A stretch of DNA of 64,000 nt from an uncultured Candidatus Binatia bacterium (GTDB lineage: Bacteria > Desulfobacterota > Binatia > UBA9968 > JAJDTQ01): assembly GCA_964291295.2 (NCBI GenBank), contig OZ219754.1, positions 363,393 to 427,392 of the forward strand, read 5' to 3'. Below the pieces are notes generated by a model that was given only the letters and a program-made list of their open reading frames with translations, did no database searches and was not told the origin of the DNA. The translations under genes were made by a program, and so were the position numbers. Of this stretch, positions 61,329 to 64,000 are shown in pieces; position 1 is the stretch's first letter; every line of letters starts with the position of its first letter.

Positions 61329-61946
61329 TCAGGAGCCGCGACCCCGGATGAGGTTCATGAACTCGGCGCGAGTCTTCTCCTGCGTGCGGAAGGCCCCCAA
61401 CAGGGAACTGGTGACCACGGTGGAATTCTGTTTCTGGACGCCGCGCATGCGCATGCACATGTGCTCGGCCTCCATGACCACCGCCGCTCCCAAGGGGTTG
61501 ATGCGGTCCATGATGGTGCTGGCGATCTGGTTCGTCAGACGCTCCTGGACCTGCAGCCGGCGGGCGTAGGTGTCCACCAGCCGCGCCAGCTTGGAGATGC
61601 CGATGATCTTCTTGCGCGGGATGTAGGCGACGTGGGCCTTGCCGAGAAAAGGCAGCATGTGATGTTCACAGAGAGAATAAAAGTCGATATCCTTCTCGAC
61701 GATCATCTCCTGGTAGTCCTCGGTAAACAGCGCGCCGTTGATGATGGCGTCCGGGTTCTCGCGGTAGCCTCCGGTCAGGAATCTCCAGGCCGCCGTCACC
61801 CGCTCCGGCGTCTTCCTGAGCCCTTCCCGGTCGGGATCCTCTCCGATGGCCGCCAGGACGGCTCTCACATGTGCTTCCAGGGAATCTGTCGGTGGCTCCG
61901 TGTCTGGCGGTGGCTCCGCGTGGTCGGCAAGCCTCTGAAATGGCAT
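61329..61946 (-). CDS. folE: GTP cyclohydrolase I
   Basis: ...[22 protein letters not shown]... signature. The start is the ATG at 61946. Confidence 0.9.
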   Translation of the reverse strand: MPFQRLADHAEPPPDTEPPTDSLEAHVRAVLAAIGEDPDREGLRKTPERVTAAWRFLTGGYRENPDAIINGALFTEDYQEMIVEKDIDFYSLCEHHMLPFLGKAHVAYIPRKKIIGISKLARLVDTYARRLQVQERLTNQIASTIMDRINPLGAAVVMEAEHMCMRMRGVQKQNSTVVTSSLLGAFRTQEKTRAEFMNLIRGRGS

Positions 61947-62184
61947 TGAGGCAACGTAACATCTGCCCCGGAACGGGTCAAATCGGCCTCCGCGGCACCG
62001 TCCGGGAGTCATGACCGAACCCCGGGCGGTCTGCCGGCGCGCCTTGCCGGCAACGTGAAATCCTGCGAATATCTGTGGACGAAGCCGGTTGCAGGGCAAC
62101 TGCGCAGGGCAACGGTTCAAGACAACGGTTCAGGGCCGCGGTTCAGGGCCGCGGGAATCCGGCCGGCGACGTCCGGATCAAGTC

Positions 62185-64000
62185 ATGACGCGAGCATCCG
62201 ACACCTCGGAAGACGGCGCCTCCTACCTCGTCACCCTGGAAGAGATCGGCCGTTTCGTCGGCGAAGCCGAGAACCTGCAGGGATGCCTCAACAGCATCGC
62301 GGGTATCGTGGCCAAGCGGATGCAGACCGAGGTCTGCTCGGTCTACCTCCTTGATGCCGAGAACGGGCGGCTCACGTTGAGCGCCACCCGGGGCCTGGAT
62401 CCGGCGGCGGTGGGACGCGTCTCCATGGTCGCCGGCGAGGGCCTCGCGGGGCTGGTGGTGGAAACGGAAGAACCCGTGATGGTCGTGGACGCCCCTTCGC
62501 ATCCGCGCTTTCTGTATTTCCCGGAGACCGGCGAGGAACGGTACCACTCCTTCTTCGGCGTTCCCGTCACCGCTCAGAAAACTCCCATCGGCGTCCTGGT
62601 GGTGCAGACCTCCCGTCCGCGCGAGTTCACCCACGAGGAGGCCCGCCTTCTCAAGGCCATTTCCGCTCAGGTCTCCACCATCATCGTGCACGCCCGGCTG
62701 GTGGATTCCCTCAAGGACAAGGAGCGCGAGCGCAAGCGGTCCCGGCGGCGCATGGTCAACGCGCTGCGGCGGCTCCGCTCCTACGAGGGAAGGGGAAAGG
62801 AGCGCACCAGCGAGCGCCCGCGGAAGTTTCGCAGCCGCCTCACCGGGCTCGCGGCCTGCCCCGGCTTCGCCCATGGCAAGGCCCACATCCTGCAGCGGCG
62901 CGTGGATCTGGGCTCCATCCAGAAGACGCACACCGGCGACCCCCGGCGCGAACTGGAGCGCTTTCGTACCGCGGCGCAACAGGCCGTGGCCCAGGTGGAA
63001 GGGATCAAGACCCGCATGATCGCCCTCATCTCCGATGAGGCGGGAGCGATCTTCGAAGTGCACCGGATGTTGTTGAACGACCCGGTGCTGAAAGGCCAGA
63101 TCGAGAAACGCATCGCCGAGGAACACCTCACCGCCTACTATGCCGTCAGCAGCATCTTTCGCAGACACATGAAGACGGTGAGCGAGGTCGGCGACCGGTA
63201 CCTGAAGGAACGCACCGTGGACATCCGCGACGTGGCCCAAAGGCTGCTGGACAATCTCTCGGGCTCCGAGGAGCGCCGGCTCGTGGTTCCGGACGGAAGC
63301 GCCATCCTGGTGGCCGAAGACCTTTCTCCCGCGGACCTGGCGCTGGTCGAGGGCGACCGCTTTCAAGGTATCGTGCTGGCCACCGGCGGCGTCACCTCCC
63401 ACGCGTCGCTCCTGGCCAAGTCCTTCGAGATCCCCACGGTGGTGGCGGCGGAGGGAGTGCTGGAAAGTGTCCGGAAAGAGGACTCGTTGATCGTGGACGG
63501 CAACTCCGGAGTCGTGTTCATCAATCCCAACAACGATATCGTCGGAGAGTACGAGCGGTTGGAGCGCCACTATCTCGCCGTCAACCGCGAACTCGACGAA
63601 TTGCGCGACCTGCCGGCCGAAACCACCGACGGCCACCGCGTGCGCCTGTTCGCCAACATGGGCCTGCTGACGGATATGCGGTTCGCGCAGAATCACGGCG
63701 CCGAGGGCATCGGCCTGTACCGGACCGAGATCCCGTTCCTCGCCTATCATGACTTCCCCACCGAGGCGCAGCAGTTCGCCCTCTATCAGAAGGTGGTGGA
63801 AGGCATGGGCGGCAAGCCCGTCACCATCCGTACCCTCGATATCGGGGCGGACAAGTATCCGCCCTACGTGAGCATCGCCCGTTCCGAGCCCAATCCCTTT
63901 CTCGGATGGCGTTCCATCCGTGTATCGCTGGAGGCGTCCGAAACCTTCAAGATGCAGCTTCGCGCCATTCTGCGCGCGGGGGCGGCGGGACCGGTGCGCA
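62185..64000 (+). CDS. ptsP: Phosphoenolpyruvate-protein phosphotransferase with N-terminal GAF domain (EI-Ntr), 3' end outside window
   Basis: Hand translation from the ATG at 62185 shows a GAF-like N-terminus, then GGVTSHASLLAKS (phospho-His) and GIGLYRTEIPFL. The frame is open to the window end. Confidence 0.85.
   Translation, partial: MTRASDTSEDGASYLVTLEEIGRFVGEAENLQGCLNSIAGIVAKRMQTEVCSVYLLDAENGRLTLSATRGLDPAAVGRVSMVAGEGLAGLVVETEEPVMVVDAPSHPRFLYFPETGEERYHSFFGVPVTAQKTPIGVLVVQTSRPREFTHEEARLLKAISAQVSTIIVHARLVDSLKDKERERKRSRRRMVNALRRLRSYEGRGKERTSERPRKFRSRLTGLAACPGFAHGKAHILQRRVDLGSIQKTHTGDPRRELERFRTAAQQAVAQVEGIKTRMIALISDEAGAIFEVHRMLLNDPVLKGQIEKRIAEEHLTAYYAVSSIFRRHMKTVSEVGDRYLKERTVDIRDVAQRLLDNLSGSEERRLVVPDGSAILVAEDLSPADLALVEGDRFQGIVLATGGVTSHASLLAKSFEIPTVVAAEGVLESVRKEDSLIVDGNSGVVFINPNNDIVGEYERLERHYLAVNRELDELRDLPAETTDGHRVRLFANMGLLTDMRFAQNHGAEGIGLYRTEIPFLAYHDFPTEAQQFALYQKVVEGMGGKPVTIRTLDIGADKYPPYVSIARSEPNPFLGWRSIRVSLEASETFKMQLRAILRAGAAGPVR

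Overview
High-GC bacterial chromosomal window, about 65-70% GC by eye, gene-dense, from a Gram-negative-type organism (mreBCD-mrdA-rodA, ppiD, RND exporter). No rRNA genes or CRISPR arrays were seen.

Core content:
- A partial BNR/Ycf48-like gene and an RND/MMPL exporter (1-3.1 kb).
- GST, tRNA-Leu(CAA), Trm112-like and a UbiD-family decarboxylase (7.9-10.8 kb).
- A complete coenzyme F420 biosynthesis operon, cofG-cofH-cofD-cofC-cofE-npdG, plus an amidohydrolase (23.5-30.3 kb).
- CNNM/hemolysin-family gene, hisC, clpB, bioF-bioA-bioD and larC (30.6-40.7 kb).
- tRNA-Ala(CGC), a SYLF protein, a TbpB-like lipoprotein, hydrolases, gloA, a histidine phosphatase and ppiD (44.9-52.9 kb).
- mreB-mreC-mreD-mrdA-rodA, then trxA, pepA, folE and a 3'-truncated ptsP (53.1-64 kb).

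Accessory content, most interesting first:
1. A two-gene module at 40.7-44.6 kb, wedged between larC and tRNA-Ala. It encodes an Hsp70-type ATPase with a TPR-like tail and a minimal UvrD-like SF1 helicase. I cannot assign it to any named defence system.
2. A seven-gene BREX type-3-like operon on the minus strand at 11.07-23.15 kb: HTH, BrxF-like, BrxC, an AlbA_2/HATPase_c_4 protein, PglXI methyltransferase, PglZ and a BrxA-position gene. It lacks the type-3 BrxHII helicase. The island is bracketed by the intact ubiD-family gene and a roughly 216-bp, roughly 92%-identical frameshifted copy of an internal ubiD segment.
3. A 3.3-kb islet at 3.12-6.45 kb flanked by 45-bp imperfect direct repeats. 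It carries an IS1634/IS4-like transposase remnant and a translationally coupled operon of an unknown gene, a DUF2384 antitoxin and a RES toxin.
4. A Fic protein next to that islet.

Gene starts were refined by eye from Shine-Dalgarno context and are less certain than stops. All family assignments come from motif recognition, not database searches.
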